DNA of 64,000 nucleotides, taken from positions 96,001-160,000 of the forward strand of contig JAYKHS010000011.1 of NCBI GenBank assembly GCA_035285865.1, in the 5' to 3' direction. Below the pieces are notes generated by a model that saw only the letters and a program-made list of their open reading frames with translations, was not told where the DNA came from and did no database searches. Of the stretch, positions 52,886-62,020 are shown piece after piece (within the stretch, counting starts at the first letter, position 1; the number at the start of each line of letters is the position of its first letter). Origin of the DNA: Candidatus Sericytochromatia bacterium. Lineage in GTDB: Bacteria; Cyanobacteriota; Sericytochromatia; S15B-MN24; VGJW01. Made by a program: the position numbers and the translations under genes.

Positions 52886-53952
52886 CGGCCACCCCGGTCC
52901 GGTCGGTAGGCGACACCGATCCGATAGTCCTGGACAGCTTCGGAGAGCGCGCTGCTGGCCCCGAAGCGCCGCATGGCGACGAGTTCGAGATCGAGGGAGG
53001 ACTGCAAGGGCAAGGCAAGGGTCGCCTGCACGGTGGCCGGCTTGAACTCCGTGACGGCATAGGGCGCAGCGGGCATGCCGACGGACTGAAGAACGGCGTA
53101 GCTCGCACCCGCACGCAGGGTAGCACCGAAGAGCACCGTTCCGGCATCCAGGCCCAAGCCGAGCCCCTGCCTGTTCTGGCTGAAGTCCATCGCCGTGCCG
53201 GTCCAGGGGACGCCGGCATTGCTAGCCTGCGTGTAGAGTCCCGTCCATACGAGCGAGGGTGACCATTCGAAGGCGGCGTCGCCGAAGACCGGACCCGCGG
53301 ACAGACTGATGACCGTCTCCTCCACCGAGGGTTGCGGCTCGGGCTGCACGAGCAGACCGCCCACGTTGATCTTGGTCTTCACCCGGCTGGTCGCGAGACC
53401 GACGAGGAACTGGCCGAGGCGGACCTGGCCGCCGGCATCCAACATGTTGAGCGTCGTGCCCGACACGCTGCGCGCGGGTCGTGCACCTTCTCCATCCCGC
53501 AGCACCGTCCACTGCCGCGCCGAAAGACCAAGACCGAGGCGCGTCGGAAAGGCCTGCACAGGCACCTCCTGCTCGGAGACGACGCCGTCGCGGGCCGGAG
53601 TCACGAACGCCGCCTCGTAGACAGGGACAGGCTCGAGCACGATGCGGCGATCACCTGCGGCTTCGACCTCCCGCGTCACGAAGCCGGGCGCGGAAACCAC
53701 GAGCACGGCCAGCGGGATGCCGGGAAGGTCCAGCAGGAAGCGCCCCTCGACGTCCGTCACGGCAAGACCGACGTGCCCACGGACCGATACCAGCGCAGAG
53801 GGAATCGGCCGACCTGCCGGGTCGAGGACCTGCCCCGACAGTTGCTGCCGCGCCGAGGCCGCCGGCGCGGCAGCAGCGGGAAGAGCCGCCGCAGGCAACG
53901 CAACGGCAACCAACGCCAGGCCAAGGCTGCGAAGCACGACTGACAACGCCAT
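52882..53952 (-). CDS. Exported protein: carboxypeptidase-regulatory-like domain plus probable beta-barrel
   Basis: Signal peptide; [20 protein letters not shown]...TDVEGRF; alternating beta strands ending YRIGVAY. Confidence 0.7.
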   Translation of the reverse strand: MALSVVLRSLGLALVAVALPAAALPAAAAPAASARQQLSGQVLDPAGRPIPSALVSVRGHVGLAVTDVEGRFLLDLPGIPLAVLVVSAPGFVTREVEAAGDRRIVLEPVPVYEAAFVTPARDGVVSEQEVPVQAFPTRLGLGLSARQWTVLRDGEGARPARSVSGTTLNMLDAGGQVRLGQFLVGLATSRVKTKINVGGLLVQPEPQPSVEETVISLSAGPVFGDAAFEWSPSLVWTGLYTQASNAGVPWTGTAMDFSQNRQGLGLGLDAGTVLFGATLRAGASYAVLQSVGMPAAPYAVTEFKPATVQATLALPLQSSLDLELVAMRRFGASSALSEAVQDYRIGVAYRPDRGGR

Positions 53953-54347
53953 CACTGCACCACCCTGACGCTCACGGAGGCGTCGACGATATCCACGAGG
54001 TCGCCGTCGACGACAACCGCCCACTTCAGACGCTCGGCCCGGGTCGGAGCCTGTACCGGCGTGACGGGGACGAAGTCGAGTTGCGTGTCCGACAGCCGTG
54101 TCAGTGGCGTGGCCAACCCTCCGACGAGCAGCTTGAGACTCCGCGCCCGCGTCCAGCGCTCCGGCAAGGAAGATGCGCCGTCTGCCTGCAACAGACCACG
54201 GGCCGTCGTACCCGAAGCAGCCACGGTGTAGGTGACCGTGACCGTGACCGGCACGGCACCGTCATTGAGGGTCGCCGTCAGGGGCAGAGGGCTGTCACAG
54301 CCTGCCAGCAGCACCGCTGCTGCCAGACACTCTCGAATGCGTAACAA
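53952..54347 (-). CDS. Small hypothetical lipoprotein
   Basis: GAGGT SD with TTG 54347; lipobox LLAGC; TGATG overlap with the next gene. Confidence 0.65.
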   Translation of the reverse strand: MLRIRECLAAAVLLAGCDSPLPLTATLNDGAVPVTVTVTYTVAASGTTARGLLQADGASSLPERWTRARSLKLLVGGLATPLTRLSDTQLDFVPVTPVQAPTRAERLKWAVVVDGDLVDIVDASVSVRVVQ

Positions 54348-54411
54348 GGCGTGACCTCGACAAGAAGGAAACATCGACCCCCATTGTCGAGAGTCTGTCT
54401 AGATTTACAGT

Positions 54412-54440
54412 ACGGTAGCCACTTTGCAGAAAGTTTGCAA
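54412..54440 (-). promoter_or_regulatory. Sigma70-type promoter of the RND operon with overlapping palindrome
   Basis: Minus strand TTGCAA-N17-TACCGT; TTGCA-N7-TGCAA at 54424-54440. Confidence 0.45.
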
Positions 54441-54461
54441 CCGCAGCAAAGGGACCCGCTG

Positions 54462-55250
54462 TCAGGTCGCGAGGTAGCCGGTCGACCGAAGCGTCTCCGT
54501 CCGCTGGCGGTCGACCCGCAGATGGCTCAGGAAGGTCCGGGCCCGCTCAGTGGCCGGCTGTTTGAAGAATACTGCCGGTGGCGCATCCTCGATGACCCTG
54601 CCACCGTCCATGAACACGATGCGATCGGCCACGCGTTCCGCGAAGTGCATCTCGTGCGTGACGACCACCATCGTCATGCCCTGGGCCGCAATGGTGTTCA
54701 TGACTTCGAGGACCTCATGGACCATCTCCGGGTCCAAGGCACTGGTCGGTTCGTCGAAGAGCAGCGCGCGCGGTTCGAGTGCCAAGGCACGGGCAATCGC
54801 GACGCGCTGCTGCTGTCCGCCCGAGAGTTGGGGGGGCCAGGCCTCAGCCTTGTGCCCCATGCCGACGCGCCCCAGCAGGACGCGGGCACGCTGTTCCGCC
54901 TCGGTCCGGCTCGCGCCACGAACCAGCGTCTGGGGCAGCGTCACGTTCTCAAGTACGCTCAGGTGCGGAAAGAGATGGAATCCCTGAAAGACCATCCCGA
55001 CCTCCGCACGAAGCGCGGCCAACTCCTTCGCAGAGGCCACAAGCGGCTTGTCGAACAGCGTGATGCTGCCCTCGTCCACCTCCTCGAGCCGGTTCATGCA
55101 GCGCAACAGGGTGCTCTTGCCGGACCCGGAAGGCCCCAGGAGGACCACCTTCTCGCCTGCCTTGATGTCCAGGTCCACGCCCTGCAGGACCTTGAGTCCA
55201 CCGAAGGCCTTATGAAGATTGCGACAGGAGATGGCAACGGCAGCAGTCAA
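54462..55250 (-). CDS. Polar amino acid ABC transporter ATP-binding protein (GlnQ-like)
   Basis: GPSGSGKST, LSGGQQQRVAIARAL, FDEPTSALDPE, VTHEM. Confidence 0.95.
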   Translation of the reverse strand: MTAAVAISCRNLHKAFGGLKVLQGVDLDIKAGEKVVLLGPSGSGKSTLLRCMNRLEEVDEGSITLFDKPLVASAKELAALRAEVGMVFQGFHLFPHLSVLENVTLPQTLVRGASRTEAEQRARVLLGRVGMGHKAEAWPPQLSGGQQQRVAIARALALEPRALLFDEPTSALDPEMVHEVLEVMNTIAAQGMTMVVVTHEMHFAERVADRIVFMDGGRVIEDAPPAVFFKQPATERARTFLSHLRVDRQRTETLRSTGYLAT

Positions 55251-55253
55251 GAT

Positions 55254-56696
55254 TCAGATCCTCTGCAGTCTGGCTTCGGTCCACCGGGCAAGCAGGGCGG
55301 CCGGGTAGCTTATGGCGAGATAGAGGGCCGCCGTCAGGAGACCCAGACTGATGTAGTCGTAGGTTACGGAAGCCAGCATCCCGTAGCTCTTCGTCAACTC
55401 CACCAGCGTAATGACGGAAACCAGCGAACTGTCCTTGAACAACGCGATGAAGTCGTTGGTCACGGGGGGGATGGTCACCCTCAGGGATTGGGGCAGGATG
55501 ACGTGCCGAAGCGACTGCCATCGCGACATGCCGAGCGCGGCGCAAGCTTCGTGCTGGCCCTTCGGCACAGCCTGCAGACCGGCACGGTAGTTCTCTGCCT
55601 CGTTGGCTGCGTAGTTGAGGCCTAGCCCGAGGACACCGGCGACGAAGGCGTCGAGCTCGACACCCAGCTTGGGCAAGGCGTAGTACAGCATGTACAGCTG
55701 GATGAGCAGCGGAGTGCCCCGGACGATCTCGACATAACCGGTAGCGAACCACCGTACGGGTGCCGGACCGAACACCCTGCCGAGCGCGAGCAACATGCCG
55801 ACGGCCATGGCGAGGACCATCGCGGCCAAAGAGATGCGACAGGTCATCCACGCACCCTGAAGGAGAACGGGCAGATGTTCGAAAAGCCCCGGTCCATCCT
55901 GACGGGCAATGGGCTGTACGTCCCGATAGGTGGAAAGTTTCTCCTGCAGCGGATTCCATAGCCGCCAGCGACGCAAGATACGCTCCAGGCTGCCATCCTC
56001 GATCATGGAGCCAATGGCCCGGTCCAGCTCGCGCTTCAGCTCCTCATCCCCCTTGCGCAGCGCCAGGCCATAGAAGCCGAGGCCGCGAGTAGGCTCAATG
56101 AATCGGACCCGGGGATTGCGCGAGGCGTAAAAGTCGGCCACGGGCTGGTCGATGTAGACGGCGTCCAGCCTGCCGATCGCGAGGTCTTCATAGACCGCGA
56201 ACATGTCGGTGTAGTGCTTGATGTCTACCTTGCCTAGCTTCTCGAGCTCTCGGTGCGCCGCCGAACTCGTGATGGTCCCGACCTTGAGACCGCGCACGTC
56301 CTCGAAGACCTGGACCCGTTCGTCGCCCCGACGAACCGCGATGCGCTGCTGGTAGACGCAGTACGGGCGGGTAAAGAGGGCACCGCGTTGATGGTCTTCG
56401 GTAATCTCGATGCCGGCCATCGCCACATCTATGGTGTTGCGGGCAAGGGCCGGTATCAGGCTGTCCCAGTTGACTTGAACGGGCAGGAACGGCCGCCCCA
56501 CGCGCTTGCCAAGCTCATCGGCAATCTCGCGTTCGAAGCCGATGATGCGGGCAGGATTCTTCGGGTCCGCGTAGCCGTAGGGCGCTCCACCCTCGAGGTC
56601 GAGGCCCCAACGCAATTGCTCGGCAGCCGGCGCCGGCGCCGCCGAGGCAAGCCAAAGCAGGGCAAGGAAGAGCAAGTCGAGCCAACGTAGGCGCAC
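55254..56696 (-). CDS. Fused polar amino acid ABC substrate-binding protein and permease
   Basis: SBP family 3 N-terminal part; RGTPLLIQL, EAENYRAG, FKDSSLVS; GTG 56696 after GGGGGA (ORF open to 56744). Confidence 0.92.
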   Translation of the reverse strand: MRLRWLDLLFLALLWLASAAPAPAAEQLRWGLDLEGGAPYGYADPKNPARIIGFEREIADELGKRVGRPFLPVQVNWDSLIPALARNTIDVAMAGIEITEDHQRGALFTRPYCVYQQRIAVRRGDERVQVFEDVRGLKVGTITSSAAHRELEKLGKVDIKHYTDMFAVYEDLAIGRLDAVYIDQPVADFYASRNPRVRFIEPTRGLGFYGLALRKGDEELKRELDRAIGSMIEDGSLERILRRWRLWNPLQEKLSTYRDVQPIARQDGPGLFEHLPVLLQGAWMTCRISLAAMVLAMAVGMLLALGRVFGPAPVRWFATGYVEIVRGTPLLIQLYMLYYALPKLGVELDAFVAGVLGLGLNYAANEAENYRAGLQAVPKGQHEACAALGMSRWQSLRHVILPQSLRVTIPPVTNDFIALFKDSSLVSVITLVELTKSYGMLASVTYDYISLGLLTAALYLAISYPAALLARWTEARLQRI

Positions 56697-56806
56697 GGCG
56701 TCCCCCCAAGGATGACGCGCCATCGTACCAAGCCAGGCAGCCATTGCAAGTACCGACGGCGCAGGACAAGTTCCTGCAGTACTGATGCGTGGTTCGGAGG
56801 CTGGTG

Positions 56807-58189
56807 ATGTTGCGATGGCGGCCCGTCCTCTCGCTCATGCTGCTTGGTTGCGGTGCCACGGGCTGGACCGCTCCAACGGCGATCCCGGCGGCTGATCCAC
56901 CGGTCATGGTGGTCCTCGGCCCGCAGGGCGCACACGTGACGATGGTACGGCGTCTCGCCTTTCCGGAAGGCCAGACCCATGCCGTGCTCGGTGGCCTGCC
57001 GCCGGGCCTCGAAGGCGGCAGCCTGTCCCTCGAAGGAGTACCCGACCTTGCCGAGATGCGCGTCCGTCCGCACGCCGGGGACACGGCGAGCCTCGTGGCC
57101 GATGCCCACGGCAGCGAAGTCCTCGTGGAAACTCATCCAGGGGCCTCGCCCCGACCCGTTCGAATCGGCGGCCATCCGGAGCGTCCGCTCTACAAGATGG
57201 GAGAGGTCTGGTACGCGGAACTCCCGGGGAAGCTGGCATTGCCGTCTCTTCCGGCCGCAGCCGAGGGTACGCGGATCGACATTGGGCGCAAGGGCGGTGC
57301 GCCCCCTTGGCAGGGTCTTGCGACACTTCGCTTTCTCGATGGCCGGAGCCACTGGCGTTCGGACACCCGCATCGTGCTTGATGCCACGGCGCGCCGGGCC
57401 GACCTCGAGAACTGGGCGCTCGTGCAGTGGGCTGCCGGCGGGTACGGCAACAGCGTAGGCCTCGACCTCGTCGTCCAGCCTCTTCGTCAGGGTCCCGGAT
57501 GGGAGCTGCGGAGCCTCGCGGCCGACGCCATGGCACCCGCCCTGCAGGCGGAATCCGGCCTCTGGCGCTGGCGAGCGCCCGGTCCGGTTGACTCGGGAAG
57601 GAGCGGCCTTGTCCGCCTCCTATTGAGTACCAGAAGCGGTGTACCAGCGCGACTGGAGCAGGTATTCAGGCTCTCCGTGCCGTGGAATCCGTGGCAGGAT
57701 GACACCCCGCATCGCGCAGAAACCGAATTGAAGTTGGGCACGGATGGGGGAACAGGCCTGAACTGTCCCCCAGGACGCTGGCAGGTCAGTCGTCGGGACG
57801 CCACAGGCCGCCCCATGCCCGTGGCACAAGGCCAGTCATCAGGTGCGCCCGTGGATGCCCGGCTCAGCCTGGGACTCGGTCAATCCCTCGACACCCTGGC
57901 AAGGCTGGTCCAGAAGCGCTGCACCGACGACGAGAAGGGTTACAGGCAGGTCGCCCTCGAGGTGCGATTGACCCACGCAGGCAACGAACCGGCTACGGTT
58001 CACCTCTCGCTGCGGCCGGATGCGCCATGGAGGTGGCTCGCGGGCACGCCGTCGCCCGACCTGACCGGAACGACGGAACTGGCGTGGACGTTGACCATGC
58101 CTCCCGGCAGCACGCGGTCGATCGAGGTGGAGATGACGCGCGTTGCCTCCGTCAGCCGTGTCGCCGAACCGGGACCCGGACCACAGTAA
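56807..58189 (+). CDS. DUF4139/DUF4140-like lipoprotein (divergent)
   Basis: GGAGG SD; lipobox LLGC; ADLENWALV, PPGRWQV, LAWTLTMPPG. Confidence 0.6.
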   Translation: MLRWRPVLSLMLLGCGATGWTAPTAIPAADPPVMVVLGPQGAHVTMVRRLAFPEGQTHAVLGGLPPGLEGGSLSLEGVPDLAEMRVRPHAGDTASLVADAHGSEVLVETHPGASPRPVRIGGHPERPLYKMGEVWYAELPGKLALPSLPAAAEGTRIDIGRKGGAPPWQGLATLRFLDGRSHWRSDTRIVLDATARRADLENWALVQWAAGGYGNSVGLDLVVQPLRQGPGWELRSLAADAMAPALQAESGLWRWRAPGPVDSGRSGLVRLLLSTRSGVPARLEQVFRLSVPWNPWQDDTPHRAETELKLGTDGGTGLNCPPGRWQVSRRDATGRPMPVAQGQSSGAPVDARLSLGLGQSLDTLARLVQKRCTDDEKGYRQVALEVRLTHAGNEPATVHLSLRPDAPWRWLAGTPSPDLTGTTELAWTLTMPPGSTRSIEVEMTRVASVSRVAEPGPGPQ

Positions 58190-58628
58190 TGCCGGAACGC
58201 GCGAATTTCAGGCGCAGACGCAGGAATTCGCCAGCACGCAAAGGGTGAACAGGGCCCATGAGCATCAGATGCAAGCCGTCCGGACTCAGCCTTACGGAAT
58301 CTCGTGCGGGTATCCTGAGGCCGTCGACGGGGTTCATCAAGGCCCCTCCCCGGGGGCCTCGTCCTGCTGCGTGCACCCGCACCGCACGCACGCCCTCGGC
58401 CGACGCAGAGATCAACCGATCGGGCGCTCCGGAGCCCGTGATGCGCCCGTAGGCAGCAAGCACCTCGACTCCGGGCGGAGATTCGGCAATCCAGAGATCG
58501 ACGCGAGGCCGAGCGACCGGGTCGGCACGTCCCGTGCCATCGGCAGATACCGACGCATCGACCGCCCACCCTGGGACCAGGCCGCCGAGAAAGAGGCACA
58601 GGCCAAGGCTGGAGATCAAGGTGCGCAC
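58152..58628 (-). CDS. Periplasmic copper chaperone PCu(A)C
   Basis: H-x11-M-x21-H-x-M motif (VRVH...LM...GLHLMLMG); signal peptide. Confidence 0.88.
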   Translation of the reverse strand: MRTLISSLGLCLFLGGLVPGWAVDASVSADGTGRADPVARPRVDLWIAESPPGVEVLAAYGRITGSGAPDRLISASAEGVRAVRVHAAGRGPRGGALMNPVDGLRIPARDSVRLSPDGLHLMLMGPVHPLRAGEFLRLRLKFARSGITVVRVPVRRHG

Positions 58629-58637
58629 GTGTACATG

Positions 58638-59207
58638 CTACCCGCCGAGGGCCCGCGCGAGTTCGCCGCGAACGAAAGGCGGGGAGAGATGGCCCCGCAG
58701 GCGACCCCGCGGATCAATCAGGAACACGTCAAGGGAGTGCTCGATCTCGCCGCCGCCCTCGGCTGCAGGGGCAAAGGCCGCACCGAACGCCTTGCAAACC
58801 GCTTGCAAGTCATCGGGATCCGCAATCCGGACCCCGAGAAATGCAGGATGGAAGTAGGCAACATATGAAGCGAGTTGCCGCGTCGCGTCCCGATCGGGAT
58901 CCACGGTCACCATGACAACCTGGACGCGGTCGCCTCTGTTCCCGAGAGCGCGCACCTCCCTCGCAAGGTCCGAGAGTGCCGTCGGACAGGCCGTGGGGCA
59001 CCCGCGGTAGCCGAAGTAGACGAGTCCCCACCTGCCGGCCAATCGCTCCCACGTGAACGGACGGCCATCCGAAGCCGCCATCGCGACATCGGGGAGTTCC
59101 GACAGCCGCACGGACCACCACGCCCCGGTGAGACCCACGGCCAGTACCGACAGCAGGGCTGCCAGCAAGGACCGGGGTCCAAACCGAAGGCGTGGTCGTC
59201 CGCGCAC
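58638..59207 (-). CDS. SCO1/SenC family copper protein
   Basis: VYFGYRGCPTACP, VTVDPDRD, IEHS...FLIDPRG; N-terminal TM anchor. Confidence 0.93.
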   Translation of the reverse strand: MRGRPRLRFGPRSLLAALLSVLAVGLTGAWWSVRLSELPDVAMAASDGRPFTWERLAGRWGLVYFGYRGCPTACPTALSDLAREVRALGNRGDRVQVVMVTVDPDRDATRQLASYVAYFHPAFLGVRIADPDDLQAVCKAFGAAFAPAAEGGGEIEHSLDVFLIDPRGRLRGHLSPPFVRGELARALGG

Positions 59208-59214
59208 GAAACGG

Positions 59215-60504
59215 CTACTTGACCAGAGTCCGGTCGATCACGGAGATGCTGCTTTCGGTAATGTTCGAGACGAATGCCCGTGTTGCCGTGAAAGCGGCCT
59301 TGTGGTGCCCGACACCCACCTCAATGACATGCAGCACCTTGAAAGACACGGAGTCGATCACCGTGACCGAGGCGTCTCCATCGCCCATGACCCATATCTG
59401 ATCCGGGCCACCGGCTTCAGGAGAAGGTACCCTGTAGACATGGACGGGCGAGGCTGGCTTTTCGTCCAGCCTGCGGCCAACCAGGACATGGGTCAGGATC
59501 TGGCCGCTCGCCAGATCGACGACAGCCACTCGGTCCGCTCCCTTGCAGGTGACAAAAGCCCTGGCCTTGTCAGCCGTCAGGACGGAATCCGTAGGGGTGG
59601 ACAGGGTCGTGGCCTTGTTGACCACCATCCGGCCTTCGGGGTCATAGACCACGATGGTGTTGCTGGTCTTGTTGCCGAATACCAACCGATCCTTGCCGCC
59701 GACCAGACCCATCTCGATGGGGCCCGGCTCGTTGCCCTCCTTCAGGATGGTCTTGTCTCCCACGGGGGTGCCATCGGCAGGGGAGAGCGCCGATACGACG
59801 ACGGCATGGTCGGGACCGCTGGGCGCCGCGACGAAGGCCTTGCCCACGGCAATGAAGCCCCCCGCACTGCCGGTTCCGACCGGAGCAAGGTCGAAGGAGG
59901 CCGTGGCAGGACTTGCGGCGAAATCCGTCACGCCCGCAACCGAGGGCCAGCGCACCCAGAAGACGCTTGCCGGCACGGCGGACTGCTGGAGAAGCGCCGT
60001 GCGATCATCCCACCACCCCACCCGGGAGCCGGGCTTGCCCTGCATCGGGATGAAGGCGACCTGATCCCGGGTCGTCGGGGACACGATCCGCATGCCTTTG
60101 GTGGCGCCATCGAGGGCAATGGCGACGCGGTGCCGAGGATCGGCCTTGGTGTAGCTGGGACTCGCCGAAACCGTGGCACCGGGTGCCCCCGGGAAGATGG
60201 CCGCGAAGTCCAGAGTCTTCAGGACGGCCTTGATTCCGGCATCCGGCAACGTGGCGTCGAATTGCGGATCGATGATCTCCAGCTTTCCTGCGGAAGGATT
60301 CGCATTGAAAACGAGGCCTTCGGCCACATCGATGCCGTGGGGCCCCTTGGCCGTAGGGATCGTGGCGATCGGCCGGAGTGCCGGTGCCCCGGATGTGGTG
60401 ACCGTATTGATCGTGGTGTTGCCGGAAGTGCCGGTAGACGGGGTGCTGCACGCTGTCAGGATGGCAGCAAGCAGAGCAGTGGAAGTATGCGAGGACTGTC
60501 GCAT
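59215..60504 (-). CDS. YncE/YVTN-like beta-propeller lipoprotein
   Basis: Lipobox LTAC; GPHGIDV, DRVAVVDL, SVTVID, FVSNITESSISVID. Confidence 0.85.
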   Translation of the reverse strand: MRQSSHTSTALLAAILTACSTPSTGTSGNTTINTVTTSGAPALRPIATIPTAKGPHGIDVAEGLVFNANPSAGKLEIIDPQFDATLPDAGIKAVLKTLDFAAIFPGAPGATVSASPSYTKADPRHRVAIALDGATKGMRIVSPTTRDQVAFIPMQGKPGSRVGWWDDRTALLQQSAVPASVFWVRWPSVAGVTDFAASPATASFDLAPVGTGSAGGFIAVGKAFVAAPSGPDHAVVVSALSPADGTPVGDKTILKEGNEPGPIEMGLVGGKDRLVFGNKTSNTIVVYDPEGRMVVNKATTLSTPTDSVLTADKARAFVTCKGADRVAVVDLASGQILTHVLVGRRLDEKPASPVHVYRVPSPEAGGPDQIWVMGDGDASVTVIDSVSFKVLHVIEVGVGHHKAAFTATRAFVSNITESSISVIDRTLVK

Positions 60505-60556
60505 GGATTAGGAACCGATGCCTCCATGTAGCCTTGTCGGAACATTCCGACGAGGC
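60502..60556 (-). promoter_or_regulatory. Structured leader: hairpin pairing the SD and AUG of the propeller gene, plus an upstream hairpin
   Basis: mRNA CAUGGA-GG-CAUCGGUU-CC-UAA-UCCAUG (60528-60502) and GCCUCGUCGGAA-UG-UUCCGACAAGGC (60556-60531). Confidence 0.6.
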
Positions 60557-60574
60557 AGGGGTGAACGCGCTGAA

Positions 60575-60922
60575 TCAGGCGTTCGCGCGGCGCGGAGGCG
60601 GAATCGGCGGCCCCGGGGCCTGTTGGCTCGGCAGGTTCCTTAAACCGACCTGGGGCAACTGGGCAGGGCGTGCTTGCCTGACAGGCACGCACGCCGACCC
60701 GGGCATCGAGGCCTCCTCAAGAACCGGGGCCTCAGTGGACAGGCCCGTACCAGGGCTACCAGACTCCTCCAGCCTGTCCGGAGAGGCGCCACGCGCCCAC
60801 GAGCAGGGATGAGCCAGGCCCTGGTGCAGGCAGACGCGGGTACAAGCGGCATCGGCGTTGCGCACGCCCAACAGGACCACCACGAGTGACAGGATGCTGA
60901 GGAAGCGCAGCAGCACCCTCAC
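60575..60922 (-). CDS. CutF/CruR-like upstream ORF (signal peptide, CxxxC, C-terminal PPPR)
   Basis: GGGAGG SD, GTG 60922; MRVLLRFLSILSLVVVLLGVRNADA-ACTRVCLHQGLAHPC...APGPPIPPPRRANA. Confidence 0.7.
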   Translation of the reverse strand: MRVLLRFLSILSLVVVLLGVRNADAACTRVCLHQGLAHPCSWARGASPDRLEESGSPGTGLSTEAPVLEEASMPGSACVPVRQARPAQLPQVGLRNLPSQQAPGPPIPPPRRANA

Positions 60923-61953
60923 GCCCCCTGCCTCCCGATCCGTACCACCGCGCGCGCGGAGCCCAAATAGCCACGTTCGGGAGCATCCTCGAAGCCGGCT
61001 TCGGCAAGGCGTGCGGCGATGCGGCGGTGGCCCTCCTCGAGGGCATACCACGGTACGAACGCAAAGGCATGATGAATCGAGTGATAGTTCAGATAGTTGA
61101 AGAATCGCGCCATCAGGGGATGGGTCGCGACATTGCGGCAGCCGGCCCACTGGGTGTCGAAGAATGTCGGACCTGCACCCCAGAGGCCGTCGTGCTCGAT
61201 CTGGCCGCGGAACTGCATGATCGCGCCTACCACCCGTTCGAGAACGAACCACGTCAGGGCCCACGAAAGGGCCATCTCGAGGCCACGCCCACCCAGCATG
61301 TGCTCTCCGGCCCACCAAGATCCCGCGTACAAGGCCGCTTGAGTTGCCAGAATCCCCACCAAGTCGATCGCGAGCGCCGCGCGCATCTTCGGGTCCTCGT
61401 CCCGCAGGACGTAGGCGTGACGCGCCATCTCGAGAATGAGCCCGATGCCGCCCTCGAGGAACATCCGCACCCATAGGCGATGGCGCAGGCGCAGCCGCCC
61501 GAGGGGACCCGCGGCCGCCCAGTCCTCGGGAAGAGGTTCGATGCGTTCCGGATCACGCGTATCCGTACCGTTCCACTTGTGGTGGAGCAGGTGCAGACGG
61601 CCATAGGTCAGGTGAGGCCAGAAGAGGGGCCAGGACAGGACGGGCGGCAGGCCTTCGTCTATCCAGCGAATGCCGGTCAGCGTCCGATGGATGGCATCGT
61701 GCGTCAGGATCATGGCCGAGGCCACCCAGAATGCCAGCAGCATCAAGGCCACGCCCTGCAGCAAGGGCTCCCGGAGCACGGCACCCGTCGCCACGGCAAC
61801 CGCCAGGAGCACCATCACCAGGCCACGGAAGGCGATCTGGACGAGCCCGGGACCCGGACGCACGGTGGCCAGGTCCCGGACCAGAGCGGCAAGCTCGGCC
61901 ACGGGCACGGCCCGGGAGTAGGCCGGTACCTCTCGTGACGCGGCTGACTGCAT
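60919..61953 (-). CDS. Membrane fatty acid desaturase family protein
   Basis: Three His boxes HDAIH, HLLHH and HSIHH; TM segments. Confidence 0.9.
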   Translation of the reverse strand: MQSAASREVPAYSRAVPVAELAALVRDLATVRPGPGLVQIAFRGLVMVLLAVAVATGAVLREPLLQGVALMLLAFWVASAMILTHDAIHRTLTGIRWIDEGLPPVLSWPLFWPHLTYGRLHLLHHKWNGTDTRDPERIEPLPEDWAAAGPLGRLRLRHRLWVRMFLEGGIGLILEMARHAYVLRDEDPKMRAALAIDLVGILATQAALYAGSWWAGEHMLGGRGLEMALSWALTWFVLERVVGAIMQFRGQIEHDGLWGAGPTFFDTQWAGCRNVATHPLMARFFNYLNYHSIHHAFAFVPWYALEEGHRRIAARLAEAGFEDAPERGYLGSARAVVRIGRQGA

Positions 61954-62020
61954 GGTTTCATCATGCCCCGGATGGACCAAGGCTTTCAACCCCGATGACT
62001 CTGGACGAGGCCCGGAACCC

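Noticed and set aside
60575..61474. 299-aa ORF as given in the track
   Set aside because: Its first 184 codons overlap the desaturase out of frame; only the part from GTG 60922 has an SD and a signal peptide.
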